DNA from: an uncultured Pseudomonadota bacterium
Lineage (GTDB): Bacteria > Pseudomonadota > Gammaproteobacteria > Steroidobacterales > Steroidobacteraceae
Length of the DNA: 64,000 nucleotides
Direction: 5' to 3'
NCBI GenBank assembly: GCA_963780455.1
Contig: CAWACM010000014.1
Span: forward strand, 42,737 to 106,736
Part shown: positions 47,551 through 57,512 of the stretch, one piece after another
How the letters are laid out: the number at the start of each line of letters is the position of its first letter
Position numbering within the stretch: position 1 is the first letter of the stretch
Translations under genes and position numbers: made by a program
Notes under the pieces: generated by a model
What the model was told of the DNA's origin: nothing
Databases searched by the model: none
The model's input: only the letters and a program-made list of their open reading frames with translations

Positions 47551-50001
47551 GTGGCGCTGCGCAACACCCCGATCCGGCGCCGGCTCATGATCATGCTGCT
47601 GGTCACGAGCGGCGCGGTGCTCGCGCTCACCTGCGCGGCCTTCATCCTGTATCAGTACGAGGGCTATCGCGCCGCCGCGCGGCATACCGTGCAGACTCTC
47701 GGCGAGGTCATCGCAAGCAACAGCACGGCGGCGGTCGCCTTCGACAACGCCTCTGACGAGACGGATGTCCTGGCAGCGCTCCATGCGGAGGGGCGGGTCA
47801 GCGTGGCCGCGGTATACGACTCCGCAGGGGCGCTCTTTGCACACTATCCCGCGAATGCGCCGGCAACCGCCTTCCCGCCGCATCCGGCGCCCGATGGCGT
47901 GCGCTTCGATGCGGGCATGCTGATCTACTATCAGCCGATCCGCCAGGGCGGCAATGCCCGGTTGGGTACGCTCTATCTGCGTTGGGATCTGACCTCGCTG
48001 CACCGCGAGATCGCCCTTTACGCGCTGATTGCGGCGGCCATGACCCTCTTTGCGATGCTGATCGCATACATTCTCGGCCGCTCGCTGCAGCAGCAGATCT
48101 CGCGGCCGCTGCAGACGCTCGGACGTGCGGCGCGCGCGGTCTCGGAGAAGCGGGACTATTCCGTGCGGGCACCGAAGCTCGGCAATGACGAGCTGGGCGC
48201 GCTCACGGACGCCTTCAACCATATGCTGGATCAGCTCACCGCCGACATCACGGAGCGTCAGGCATTCGGGACGCGGCTGCAGCGACAGCTCTCCCGCCTC
48301 GATCTGCTGCATCGGATCACGCGGGCGGTGGGCGAGCGGCAGGATCTGCGCAGCATCTTCCAGGTGGTGATCAGGCATCTCGAGGAGGACGTGCCCGTCG
48401 ATTTCGGCTGCATCTGTCTCTACGACCCGATCGAGGAGATACTGACCGTCACGAGCGTCGGTGCGCGCAGCCGGGAGACGGCGCTCGAGCTGGCGCTGAC
48501 CGAGAAGGCGCGGGTGCCCGTCGACCGCAACGGCCTGAGCCGCTGCGTGCGTGGCGAGTTGGTGTATGAGCCCGATATCGCGGCGAGCACGTTCCCGTTC
48601 CCGAGCACCCTGGCGAAGGGCGGACTGCGCGCCCTGGTCGCCGCGCCCCTGCGCGCCGAGAGCAGGGTCTTCGGCGTCCTCGTGGCTGCACGCCGTCAGC
48701 CGGAGTCCTTCAGCAGCGGCGACTGCGAGTTCCTGCGGCAGTTGAGCGAGCACGTGGCGCTGGCAGCCCACCAGGCGCAGCTCTATGACGCGCTGCAGCT
48801 GGCCTACGAGAACCTGCGCCAGAGCCAGGAAACGGTGGTGCAGCAGGAGCGCCTGCGCGCGCTGGGACAGATGGCGAGCGGTGTCGCGCACGACATCAAC
48901 AACGCGATCTCTCCGATCGCGCTCTATACGGAGTCGCTGCTCGAGCGGGAGCCCACACTGAGCGAGCGCGCACGCTCATACCTGACGACGATTCAAACAG
49001 CAATTCACGATGTGGCGCGGACCGTGAGCCGCATGCGCGAGTTCTATCGCCCGCAGGAAGGTCATGCGGCGCTCGCGAAGATCGAGCTCGATCGCGTCAT
49101 CCGCGGGGTGCTCGAGCTCACGCAGGCGCGCTGGCGCGATCTGCCGCAGGAGCGCGGCGCGGTCATCGATCTGCAGACGGACTTCGTGCGGCCGCCGGCC
49201 GTGATCCTGGGTGCCGAGAACGAGATCCGCGACGCCCTCACCAACCTCATCTTCAACGCGGCCGACGCAATGGCCGACGGCGGCACTCTCACCGTGCGCA
49301 CGAAGAGCGTCGTGCGACAGGCGAAGGCCGCGGCTGAAGCCGAGGCGCCGGCCGAGATGGTCTATCTCGAAGTATCGGACACGGGTGTCGGCATGGATCC
49401 GGAAACCCGGCGGCGCTGTCTCGAGCCGTTCTTCACCACCAAGGGCGAGCGGGGCACGGGAATGGGTCTCGCCATGGTGTACGGCATGGCGCAGCGTCAT
49501 CGGGCGGAGCTCGAGATCGACAGTGTCCCCGGCGAAGGCACCACGGTCAGGGTCGTGTTCCCCGCCGCGCCGGGGGCGGAGGATGAGACGGTAAGGCAGC
49601 TCGCGCTCGGTCTGCCGGTGCGACCGATGCGCATCTTGATCGTGGACGACGATCCCCTCATCATCGAATCGCTGCGCGAGACATTGCGTGGGGACGCTCA
49701 CCGCGTGACGGCGGTAGAGGGGGGACAGGCAGGCATCGACGCGTTCGAGGCGGCGCGAGCGAATGGCGAGTCGTTCGAGCTCGTGATCACCGACCTCGGC
49801 ATGCCCTACGTGGATGGGCGACGGGTGGCCGCCGCGATCAAGGCAGCGTCGCCCACCACGCCCGTGATCCTGCTCACCGGCTGGGGTCAGCGGCTCACGG
49901 CGGAGAACCAAGTGCCGCCCCACGTCGATCGCGTCCTCAACAAGCCGCCGCGGCTGAAGGAGCTGCGGGCTGCGCTGGCGGAGCTCGGCCGCCGGGCCTG
50001 A
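47551..50001 (+). CDS. Hybrid sensor histidine kinase/response regulator (periplasmic sensor, HAMP, GAF, HisKA, HATPase, REC)
   Basis: GTG start. The HAMP region reads DELGALTDAFNHML. The H-box is GVAHDINNAISPI. The G-box is DTGVGM...GTGMGL. The C-terminal REC reads ILIVDDDP...ITDLGMP. Confidence 0.88.
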   Translation: MALRNTPIRRRLMIMLLVTSGAVLALTCAAFILYQYEGYRAAARHTVQTLGEVIASNSTAAVAFDNASDETDVLAALHAEGRVSVAAVYDSAGALFAHYPANAPATAFPPHPAPDGVRFDAGMLIYYQPIRQGGNARLGTLYLRWDLTSLHREIALYALIAAAMTLFAMLIAYILGRSLQQQISRPLQTLGRAARAVSEKRDYSVRAPKLGNDELGALTDAFNHMLDQLTADITERQAFGTRLQRQLSRLDLLHRITRAVGERQDLRSIFQVVIRHLEEDVPVDFGCICLYDPIEEILTVTSVGARSRETALELALTEKARVPVDRNGLSRCVRGELVYEPDIAASTFPFPSTLAKGGLRALVAAPLRAESRVFGVLVAARRQPESFSSGDCEFLRQLSEHVALAAHQAQLYDALQLAYENLRQSQETVVQQERLRALGQMASGVAHDINNAISPIALYTESLLEREPTLSERARSYLTTIQTAIHDVARTVSRMREFYRPQEGHAALAKIELDRVIRGVLELTQARWRDLPQERGAVIDLQTDFVRPPAVILGAENEIRDALTNLIFNAADAMADGGTLTVRTKSVVRQAKAAAEAEAPAEMVYLEVSDTGVGMDPETRRRCLEPFFTTKGERGTGMGLAMVYGMAQRHRAELEIDSVPGEGTTVRVVFPAAPGAEDETVRQLALGLPVRPMRILIVDDDPLIIESLRETLRGDAHRVTAVEGGQAGIDAFEAARANGESFELVITDLGMPYVDGRRVAAAIKAASPTTPVILLTGWGQRLTAENQVPPHVDRVLNKPPRLKELRAALAELGRRA

Positions 50002-50072
50002 CCGGCGAACTTCCGCGGCTCTCGCGGATTCTAATTGGGGCTGCACGCCGTCGTGCCCGGGAGGAGGTTCCC

Positions 50073-51626
50073 ATGGTTCGCCTCATCAAGCTCCTGGCAG
50101 CATTCGCTGCCGCAGCTCTGCTCGCGGCTTGCAACGGCAGCATCAGTGCCTCTTCGTCCCCGCCGCAGTCCACGACTCCGCAGGAGGGGCAGCTCCTCCA
50201 GAGCCCGCCTGCCCGGACGGGCTCCTATTCGGTGTCCGACCTCCTGTCGCTGCTGAGCGGCGACAGCGATGCCGCACAGCTCCTGCAGCTCGCCTTCGAC
50301 CCGGCGTGCACGGTCACCGTCTACCACCTGCAATACGAGACGGTGGGCGGCCAGGGCGAGGCAACGACTGCTTCGGGCGCCCTGATGGTGCCCAGCGGCG
50401 CCGATCCGTCCTGCCAGGGACCGCTGCCGGTGGTGCTCTACGCGCACGGCACTTCGGCGGCGAAGGACTACGACATCGCCAATCTCACGGGCGCGCAGGG
50501 TGAAGTCAACGACGAGGCGGTGCTGATGGCGACGGTCTTTGCCGCACGGGGATATATCGTGGTCGCCGCGAACTACGCGGGATACGACACCTCGACTCTT
50601 TCCTACCATCCCTATCTCGTGGCCGCCCAGCAGTCGCACGACATGATGGACGCGTTGACTGCGGCGCGCAGTGCGCTCTCCTCGCTGGGCGCGGCGGCGA
50701 GCAGCAAGCTCTTCGTCACGGGATACTCCCAGGGCGGTTACGTGGCGCTCGCGACCTTGAGCGCCATGCAGTCGGCCGGGATCACCGTCACCGCAGCAGG
50801 TCCGATGTCAGGACCCTACGCGCTCTCCGCCTTCGGCGATGCCGTCTTCATGGGTCAGCCGAATGGAAGCGCGGTACCCAACTTCACCTTCGTCGTCGAC
50901 TCCTACCAGCACTCATACGGCAACGTCTACACCGATCCCAGCGACATCTTCTCGCCGCAGTACACCACCAATATCGGGTCGCTCCTGCCGAGCACCACCT
51001 CGACCTCCGACCTGTATGCGCAGGGCCTGCTCCCCGAGAACACTATTTTCGACAGCACGCCGCCAGCGCCCCAATACGCGTCCATCACGCCCGCAACCAC
51101 GCCCGCGAATCTGGCGCCGGTATTCGCCCTCGGCTTCGGCGCCAGTCCGCTGGTGACCAACGCCTATCGCCTGAGCTACCTTCAGGACGAGCAGGCGAAT
51201 CCCGACGGCGGCTTTCCCACGACGACCACGGACGTGCCGCCGGCGAACGCAGGCGTTGCCTTGCGTCAGGACTTGGCAAGAAATGACCTGCGCAACTTCA
51301 ATCCCTCGGCCCCCGTGCTGCTCTGCGGCGGCGACAGCGACCCGGTGGTGTTCTATTTCAATACGTTGCTCGAGCAGGAATACTGGGCCGCGCATGCGCC
51401 GAGCGCGCCGGTCACCGTGCTGGATGTCGATTCGGCAGTTGGCCCCAACGACCCCTACACCGACGTCAAGGACGCCTTCGCGGCCGCCAAGGCGGCGGTC
51501 ATTGCCGCTGCCATCGCGGGAGGGGCCACGGATGGCGGGCAGACGGCCGTGCTCACCGACTACCACACGGGGCTGGTGCCGCCCTTCTGTCTCTATGCCG
51601 TAGAGCGCTACTTCGGCAGCTTCTGA
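50073..51626 (+). CDS. Secreted alpha/beta-hydrolase (lipase-like) lipoprotein
   Basis: RBS GGAGGAGG. A lipobox LLAAC is present. GYSQGG is a GxSxG nucleophile elbow. Confidence 0.65.
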   Translation: MVRLIKLLAAFAAAALLAACNGSISASSSPPQSTTPQEGQLLQSPPARTGSYSVSDLLSLLSGDSDAAQLLQLAFDPACTVTVYHLQYETVGGQGEATTASGALMVPSGADPSCQGPLPVVLYAHGTSAAKDYDIANLTGAQGEVNDEAVLMATVFAARGYIVVAANYAGYDTSTLSYHPYLVAAQQSHDMMDALTAARSALSSLGAAASSKLFVTGYSQGGYVALATLSAMQSAGITVTAAGPMSGPYALSAFGDAVFMGQPNGSAVPNFTFVVDSYQHSYGNVYTDPSDIFSPQYTTNIGSLLPSTTSTSDLYAQGLLPENTIFDSTPPAPQYASITPATTPANLAPVFALGFGASPLVTNAYRLSYLQDEQANPDGGFPTTTTDVPPANAGVALRQDLARNDLRNFNPSAPVLLCGGDSDPVVFYFNTLLEQEYWAAHAPSAPVTVLDVDSAVGPNDPYTDVKDAFAAAKAAVIAAAIAGGATDGGQTAVLTDYHTGLVPPFCLYAVERYFGSF

Positions 51627-51796
51627 ACGCCCGATCCCGGTCGCCGGCAACCGTTGCGCGCACGCAACGGATGCTGAAATTGCCAAGCTAATAGGCTATC
51701 TTCCTGGCCACTCATGGGCCACATGAGGACGGGCCGGCTGACTGGTCCCGGTCTCGACGGCCCACGGCCCATTCACGCCAAAATCGGGGTCAACAA

Positions 51797-54403
51797 ATGA
51801 AGCGAAAAATTCACCTGGTCTCCGTCGCCGTCGCAGCCGCGCTCGCAAGCAGCCTCGGTGGCGTCGCTTTGGCCGATCAGCAATCCGGACCGTCGGCAAC
51901 GACCGCAACGGCGACGGAAGCAGCGACGCCCTCCGACCAGCTGGCCACGGTCGTGGTCACCGCCACGAAGCGCAAGACGCTGGCGCAGAACACGCCGATC
52001 AGCATGACGGTGCTCACCGCCGCGAACATCGCCGATCGTGGCGTGACGGATTTCAACACTCTGTCGCAGGGCATCCCGGACCTCGCGATGCGCACCTCCG
52101 GCCCCAATCAAACCGAGTACGAGATGCGCGGTCTGAATTCCGCGGGCGGCAACACTTCGATGGTCGGCGTGTACCTGGACGAAGTCCCGCTGTCGTCTCC
52201 CGCCTCGGAACAGCTCGGCAAGGTGATCATCGATCCGAACCTCTACGATCTCGATCGGGTCGAGGTTCTGCACGGGCCGCAGGGAACCCTGTACGGATCG
52301 AGCTCGATGGGCGGCACGGTCCGCCTCATTCCGGCGGCGCCGGAGCTCGGGATCTTCGACGCCTCCGGTGAGACGACGGTCTCCGACACCGGCTCCGGCG
52401 GCAACATCAACTTCGCACAGAACGGTATGGTGAACCTGCCGTTCGGATCGACGGTGGCCCTGAGGCTCGTCGGTTCCGCATCCTCGCAAAGTGGTTGGCT
52501 CAACCGCTACGTGCTCGCCGACGGCTCCGTGACGTCGGACGCCGGCTCGAACCCCACGAATTCCCGCCCCGCCAATTTCTACACGGCGCCGATCCTCTCG
52601 ACTCAGACGGGCGCGAACTCGGCCACCAACGATACGGTCCGCGCGTCCCTGCTCTGGAAGCCGAACGATCAGCTCTCGATCACGCCGATGATCATGTGGC
52701 AGCAGGGCTCGAGCGGCGCACCCAACGCGGTGGACGTCAACGGCTCGCCGACCGACCCGACCATGCCGAGCCCGAAAGGCCATTACGAGATCTATGACAC
52801 CGGCGAGCCGCAGTGGGATCGCTTCACGCTGGGAAGCCTGAAGGTCGAATACGCGCTCACCCCCGATATCGCCCTGACTTCCATAACCGCCCTGTGGTCG
52901 AATGACTCGCTGATCTCGCAGGACGGCACAGAGGAGAATTCGAGCTCGACCGCGCTCGGTCCCTCCGACCCCACGGCGGCGCCTCCTCCATACGACACCT
53001 CTGCCGGCGGCATCGGTCCGACCGGCCCCGGACCGTACGGGCCCGGAGTCGAGGAGCGCGATGACACCAGACAGGTGAGCGAAGAGTTGCGCGTCGCCTC
53101 CACGGGCAACGGGCCGCTGCAGTGGCTGGCGGGCTATTATTATCAGGATCTGCAGTCAAATTGGGACATGTGGTCGGTCAATCCGCAGGCCGGACCGATC
53201 GCCGACATCTACGTCGACTATATGCCCCAGACCATCCTGCAGAACGCCGCCTTCGGCAACGTCTCCTGGGAGTTCCCGCACGGGCTCAAAGCCAGCGTGG
53301 GAGCGCGCTGGTACCACTACTCGTATTCACAGAGCAACTCGGAGTGGGGTGACTTCACGCCGTATGGCTTCGATAACCTGCTGAGCGGCGCGCCGACGGT
53401 GGCCGGAAACACCACGCCGTTCAACACCAGCGCCGGCAGCAGTTCCAGCGGAACCAACCCGCGATTCAACCTGACCTGGCAGATCGACCCTGACCACATG
53501 GTGTACGGCACCGTCGCCAAGGGCTTCCGCCTGGGCGGCACGGATCAGCCGTTCGTCGGCTTCCTGACCTCGGTCAGCGCAGCAACGTGTCCGTATGGGA
53601 ACCCGCCGTCCCTGGCCGGCCTCGAACAGTGCGGTCTGCAGGAAAAGCTCTCGGCGACGCCGACCCGGCCGGGTGCCATTTACACGTCGACGGCGAACTT
53701 CCCGAATGTCAACGGCCAGGGCGTGCCGCAGTTCAACTCGGATTCAGTGTGGGACTACGAGATTGGAACCAAGAACGAGCTCTTCGACCAGCGCGCCCTG
53801 TTCAATCTGACCGCGTTTTTCGAGCGTTGGATGGATCCACAGGTCGCGACGAATATCTCCGGCTTCGGGTTCACCGTGAATGGCGCAGACGCCAATATCT
53901 ACGGCCTCGAGGCGGAGTTCCGCGCCAATCTCGGTTACGGCTTCGACTTTTCAACGGACTGGGGATACACGCACAGCAAGTTCCTGAGCGACAGCCCCAT
54001 CGACGGTATACCCAACGGTTACGCCGTTCCCGATACGCCGAAGGTCACCGGCTCGGCGTCGGTGAACTACCATTATGAAATCGATGACAACATGGCGTTC
54101 TTCGGGAACGTCACCTATAGCTACGTCGGATCCCGGTACGATCTGCCTTACGGCGTCACGGTCTTTCTCAACAATATCAACCAGACTGCGATCAATCTGC
54201 CCGCTTATGGAATCGTGAATCTCCGTGCCGGGCTGCGTACGGCGCGCTGGAGTGTGGCCCTGTTCGTCAACAACGCGACGGATAAGCAGGTGCTGCTCGA
54301 TCCGCTGCCGCAGATCAACCTGGCGATTCCGCAGTTCACGCGCTATATCGTGAATCAGCCGGTCACATACGGCATGGATGTGAGCTACAATTTCGGGAAG
54401 TAG
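51797..54403 (+). CDS. TonB-dependent receptor
   Basis: It has a signal peptide. A TonB-box-like segment reads LATVVVTATKR. The plug reads ISMTVLTAANIADRGVTDFNTLSQGIPD. 868 aa. Confidence 0.9.
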   Translation: MKRKIHLVSVAVAAALASSLGGVALADQQSGPSATTATATEAATPSDQLATVVVTATKRKTLAQNTPISMTVLTAANIADRGVTDFNTLSQGIPDLAMRTSGPNQTEYEMRGLNSAGGNTSMVGVYLDEVPLSSPASEQLGKVIIDPNLYDLDRVEVLHGPQGTLYGSSSMGGTVRLIPAAPELGIFDASGETTVSDTGSGGNINFAQNGMVNLPFGSTVALRLVGSASSQSGWLNRYVLADGSVTSDAGSNPTNSRPANFYTAPILSTQTGANSATNDTVRASLLWKPNDQLSITPMIMWQQGSSGAPNAVDVNGSPTDPTMPSPKGHYEIYDTGEPQWDRFTLGSLKVEYALTPDIALTSITALWSNDSLISQDGTEENSSSTALGPSDPTAAPPPYDTSAGGIGPTGPGPYGPGVEERDDTRQVSEELRVASTGNGPLQWLAGYYYQDLQSNWDMWSVNPQAGPIADIYVDYMPQTILQNAAFGNVSWEFPHGLKASVGARWYHYSYSQSNSEWGDFTPYGFDNLLSGAPTVAGNTTPFNTSAGSSSSGTNPRFNLTWQIDPDHMVYGTVAKGFRLGGTDQPFVGFLTSVSAATCPYGNPPSLAGLEQCGLQEKLSATPTRPGAIYTSTANFPNVNGQGVPQFNSDSVWDYEIGTKNELFDQRALFNLTAFFERWMDPQVATNISGFGFTVNGADANIYGLEAEFRANLGYGFDFSTDWGYTHSKFLSDSPIDGIPNGYAVPDTPKVTGSASVNYHYEIDDNMAFFGNVTYSYVGSRYDLPYGVTVFLNNINQTAINLPAYGIVNLRAGLRTARWSVALFVNNATDKQVLLDPLPQINLAIPQFTRYIVNQPVTYGMDVSYNFGK

Positions 54404-54571
54404 TCGCGCGCAACGGCCGTTGCGCCAAATGGTTCGGGCCGCCCCTGTGCGTACAGGGGCGGCCGGTTGGTCGACCAAGACCCTCCAGCAGTACGGCAAC
54501 TGGGTCCACGGCCGTATTTCCGCCCCGAGCCGCTATAATCCCGCAGGCTTGGCTCAGGGGAATCGATCTCT

Positions 54572-55111
54572 ATGACGTGGCTTCTTCGGCAGGCTACTCC
54601 CGCGGACTGCGCGGAGATCCAGGAATTGATCGGCAGATCCATCCGGGCGCTCGGCGCCGAGGATTACTCCGCGGACCAGATCGAGGGGGCGCTCAAAGGT
54701 GCCTTCGGCCTCGACAGTCAGCTGATCGCCGACGGCACCTACTTCGTGGTGGAAAGCGATGGCCAGCTCCTCGGCTGCGGCGGCTGGAGCTATCGGCGGA
54801 CGCTCTTTGGCGGTGATGCGCGCACGGAACGGGACGCCGGAACCCTCGATCCGGGCACCGATTCCGCCAAGATCCGGGCTTTCTTCGTCGATCCTGCGGC
54901 GGCGCGTCGCGGCGTCGGCAGCGCAATCCTCGAGCGTTGCGAAGACGAGGCGCGCCGCCACGGCTTCAAGCGCGCCGAAATGATGGCGACGCTCCCAGGC
55001 AGGAGACTCTACGAGGCGCGCGGCTACGTCGGGTCCGAAAAAGTGCACTATCCGGTCGGGCCTGGTGTCACGATCGAATTCGTGCCGATGGCGAAGAGCC
55101 TGTTCCGCTAG
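54572..55111 (+). CDS. GNAT-family N-acetyltransferase
   Basis: The acetyl-CoA motif FFVDPAAARRGVGSAILERCE (Q/RxxGxG/A) is present. Confidence 0.85.
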   Translation: MTWLLRQATPADCAEIQELIGRSIRALGAEDYSADQIEGALKGAFGLDSQLIADGTYFVVESDGQLLGCGGWSYRRTLFGGDARTERDAGTLDPGTDSAKIRAFFVDPAAARRGVGSAILERCEDEARRHGFKRAEMMATLPGRRLYEARGYVGSEKVHYPVGPGVTIEFVPMAKSLFR

Positions 55112-55854
55112 GACGCCGCGCCGGCCGGCTCCGGCCCCTCCGCCAGGGTGAAGTAGAAGGTCGCACCGCTATCGGGTGCGGCTTCCGCCCAGATGCGCCC
55201 ACCATGGCGGCGAATGATGCGCTGCGCCGTCGCCAGCCCGATACCCACACCTTCAAACTCCTGCTCGGAGTGCAGACGCTGGAACGGGCTGAAGAGCTTG
55301 CCGGCGTAGCGCATGTCGAAGCCCACGCCATTGTCACGCACGAAGAAAACAGGCGGGGTGGCGGCTTGCACGCCGACCTCGACACGCGCCGGCTCGTGGC
55401 CACGGGTGAACTTCCAAGCGTTTTGCAGCAGCGCTTCGAGTGCCGCCGATAAGAGCGCCGTGTCTGCCTCCGCAGCGATTTTCTCAACGATCGCAACCTC
55501 GACGTGGCGCGCCGGCTCCGCGGCTCGCAGCCGATCGACGATGTCACGCGCGATACTCGCCAGCTCGAGCGGCACCGGATGAAACTCCGCGCGGTAAATC
55601 CGCGCGAGGCTGAGCAGCCCCTCGAGCATGGCCGACATCTTGTGAGACGCATCCAGCACATGCTGCAGGTAACGACGGCCGTCCTCGCCCAGCCCCTCGC
55701 TGCTATCTTCGCTCAACGCGCGGGCGAACCCCTCGATGGTGCGCAGCGGCGCGCGCAGGTCGTGGGCGATGGTGTAGGTGAGTGATTCGATCTCGCGACG
55801 GGATTCCGCGAGAGCCGCGCGAGCCTTGTCAGGGTTGGTCTGCTGGTCCGCCAA
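55108..55854 (-). CDS. Cytoplasmic histidine kinase (HisKA + HATPase only, no sensor domain)
   Basis: The H-box reads FTYTIAHDLRAPLRTIEGF. The G-boxes read DNGVGFD...GVGIGLA. 248 aa. Confidence 0.85.
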   Translation of the reverse strand: MADQQTNPDKARAALAESRREIESLTYTIAHDLRAPLRTIEGFARALSEDSSEGLGEDGRRYLQHVLDASHKMSAMLEGLLSLARIYRAEFHPVPLELASIARDIVDRLRAAEPARHVEVAIVEKIAAEADTALLSAALEALLQNAWKFTRGHEPARVEVGVQAATPPVFFVRDNGVGFDMRYAGKLFSPFQRLHSEQEFEGVGIGLATAQRIIRRHGGRIWAEAAPDSGATFYFTLAEGPEPAGAAS

Positions 55855-55864
55855 AATGCGCGCG

Positions 55865-56146
55865 TCAATTCGCGCGGGCGCTGTAGCTTTCCATCATGAG
55901 GCCGGTGCCGCCGCGCGAGACATGCGCCACCACCGCAGTCCGGCGGTGCAGCTTGGTGACGGCGCCCAGATTGATCGCGAACGAGAGCACGACAGTCATG
56001 CCCTTGCGCAGCCCAAGGTTGGTGGTCTCGATGAACACGCCGGTGGCGCTCAGATTGACCGCTTTGCACAGCTTCCGGGAGCCACCGGGAACGGTGATGT
56101 AGACAGTCGTGCGGGCTCGATGCCTCGTATGCAGCCGGCGTTCCAT
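55865..56146 (-). CDS. PilZ-domain protein
   Basis: The sequence ERRLHTRHRAR...CKAVNLSATGVFIET carries the RxxxR ... D/NxSxxG c-di-GMP motifs. Confidence 0.75.
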   Translation of the reverse strand: MERRLHTRHRARTTVYITVPGGSRKLCKAVNLSATGVFIETTNLGLRKGMTVVLSFAINLGAVTKLHRRTAVVAHVSRGGTGLMMESYSARAN

Positions 56147-56287
56147 TCAGGGCCTCGCGGAAAGTTCTGGCTTTTCTAGTTCGCGAACGGCGGCATTATG
56201 CCTCGGCGGCGCAGAGAGAGCACGCCGGTTGAACTTAATCACGGGCGAAAACGCCAGCCCGACGGCGCCGCAAGGCGACCTCCCCAA

Positions 56288-57403
56288 TCAACCCAGAAAT
56301 GACTTCAGCTCCCGCCCGAAACGCTCTATGTCCAGCAGGAAGGAGTCGTGGCCTTCGACGCATTGCAGGGGTGTGAAGCGCGTGGCGGCGCCGCCAGCCC
56401 GCAGCGCCTCGGATACGGCCCGCTGCTCCGCTATGGAGAAAAGAAGATCGGACTCCACGCCGATGACCAAAGCCTGCTCCAGGCCGGCTTTGCCGAGCAC
56501 GGCTGCAGGGTCCCCGTGAGCGGCCAGCTCGAAGCGGTCCATCGCCCGCGACAGGTAGAGGTAGCAATTGGCGTCGAAGGCATTTACCCAGCGCCGCGCC
56601 TGCGCCTCGAGGTAACCCTGAACCGCGAACTCCGCAGTGAACGGCCCGTTGTGCTCATGGTCAGGCCGGGCCGGCTGGCGGTCGAAGCGCTGCTGCCACT
56701 CCGCGGCGGAGCGGTAGGTAACCGTGCCCAGTTTACGGGCCAGGCTCATCCCGGTGCGGGGCGGCCGGTCGGACGCGTAGCTGCCATTGCGCCAGTCCGG
56801 GTCGCCCGTGATGGCTTCCCGCTGGATGGATCGCAGCGCGATGGCAAAGGGTGATGCGGCCAGCGTGCCCGATATGCTGACCAATCGCCGCGAGGCCCCA
56901 GGAAAGAGCGCCGCGTAAGCCAATACGACCATGCCGCCGAGCGATGGGCCCATGACCGTGTCGAGCCGCTGGATCCCCAGCGAGCGCACGACCTCGTACC
57001 CCCCGCGCGCAATATCCTCCACCGAAAGATCCGGGAAAGTCAGCCGGTACGGCCTGCCTGCAGCGGGGTCGATCGATGCGGGGCCGCTCGATCCGAAGCA
57101 ACTGCCGAGGGAATTGACGCACACCACGAAGCGCTGGTCGGTGTCGATCGCCAGCCCGGGTCCAACCATGCGTTCCCACCACCCTTCGCGAGGGTCGTCG
57201 GGGGAGGACGCGGCGTGGGCGGGGGGCGAGAGTCCAGTGAAAAGGAGCAGCGCATTGTCCCGCGCGGCGTTCAGTCGCCCCCAGGTCTCGTAGGCTATCC
57301 GCGCGCCATGCAGCGCACCGCCCCGCCACATCGGGAAGGGGTCGGACAGTGTCGCGTAGCGCCTGGCATCAGGCTCGCGCTGCTCTGCTTGCGGCATCGG
57401 CAT
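56288..57403 (-). CDS. metX: Homoserine O-acyltransferase MetX
   Basis: The sequence ...FVVCVNSLGSCFGSSGP...VMGPSLGGMVVL... is an alpha/beta hydrolase of MetX type. 371 aa. Confidence 0.88.
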   Translation of the reverse strand: MPMPQAEQREPDARRYATLSDPFPMWRGGALHGARIAYETWGRLNAARDNALLLFTGLSPPAHAASSPDDPREGWWERMVGPGLAIDTDQRFVVCVNSLGSCFGSSGPASIDPAAGRPYRLTFPDLSVEDIARGGYEVVRSLGIQRLDTVMGPSLGGMVVLAYAALFPGASRRLVSISGTLAASPFAIALRSIQREAITGDPDWRNGSYASDRPPRTGMSLARKLGTVTYRSAAEWQQRFDRQPARPDHEHNGPFTAEFAVQGYLEAQARRWVNAFDANCYLYLSRAMDRFELAAHGDPAAVLGKAGLEQALVIGVESDLLFSIAEQRAVSEALRAGGAATRFTPLQCVEGHDSFLLDIERFGRELKSFLG

Positions 57404-57512
57404 TTTGGTTTCGATCGGGTTCCGTGGGGCTGCTGCTGAGGCGATCTTCTACCCTGGCAGCCGAGGCCCCACAAGCACCGGAGGGCTATCTATTGAGACC
57501 GTGGGATTATAA

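Noticed and set aside
46837-48891. 684-aa minus-strand ORF
   Set aside because: It is antisense to the well-supported DUF4154 and hybrid kinase genes. The Arg/Ala/Gly-rich low-complexity translation is typical of shadow ORFs in high-GC DNA.
57404-57512. Riboswitch (SAM-type) in the metX 5' region
   Set aside because: I read the minus-strand leader and could not recognise SAM-I, SAM-II or SAM-V consensus elements. A covariance-model scan would be needed to settle it.
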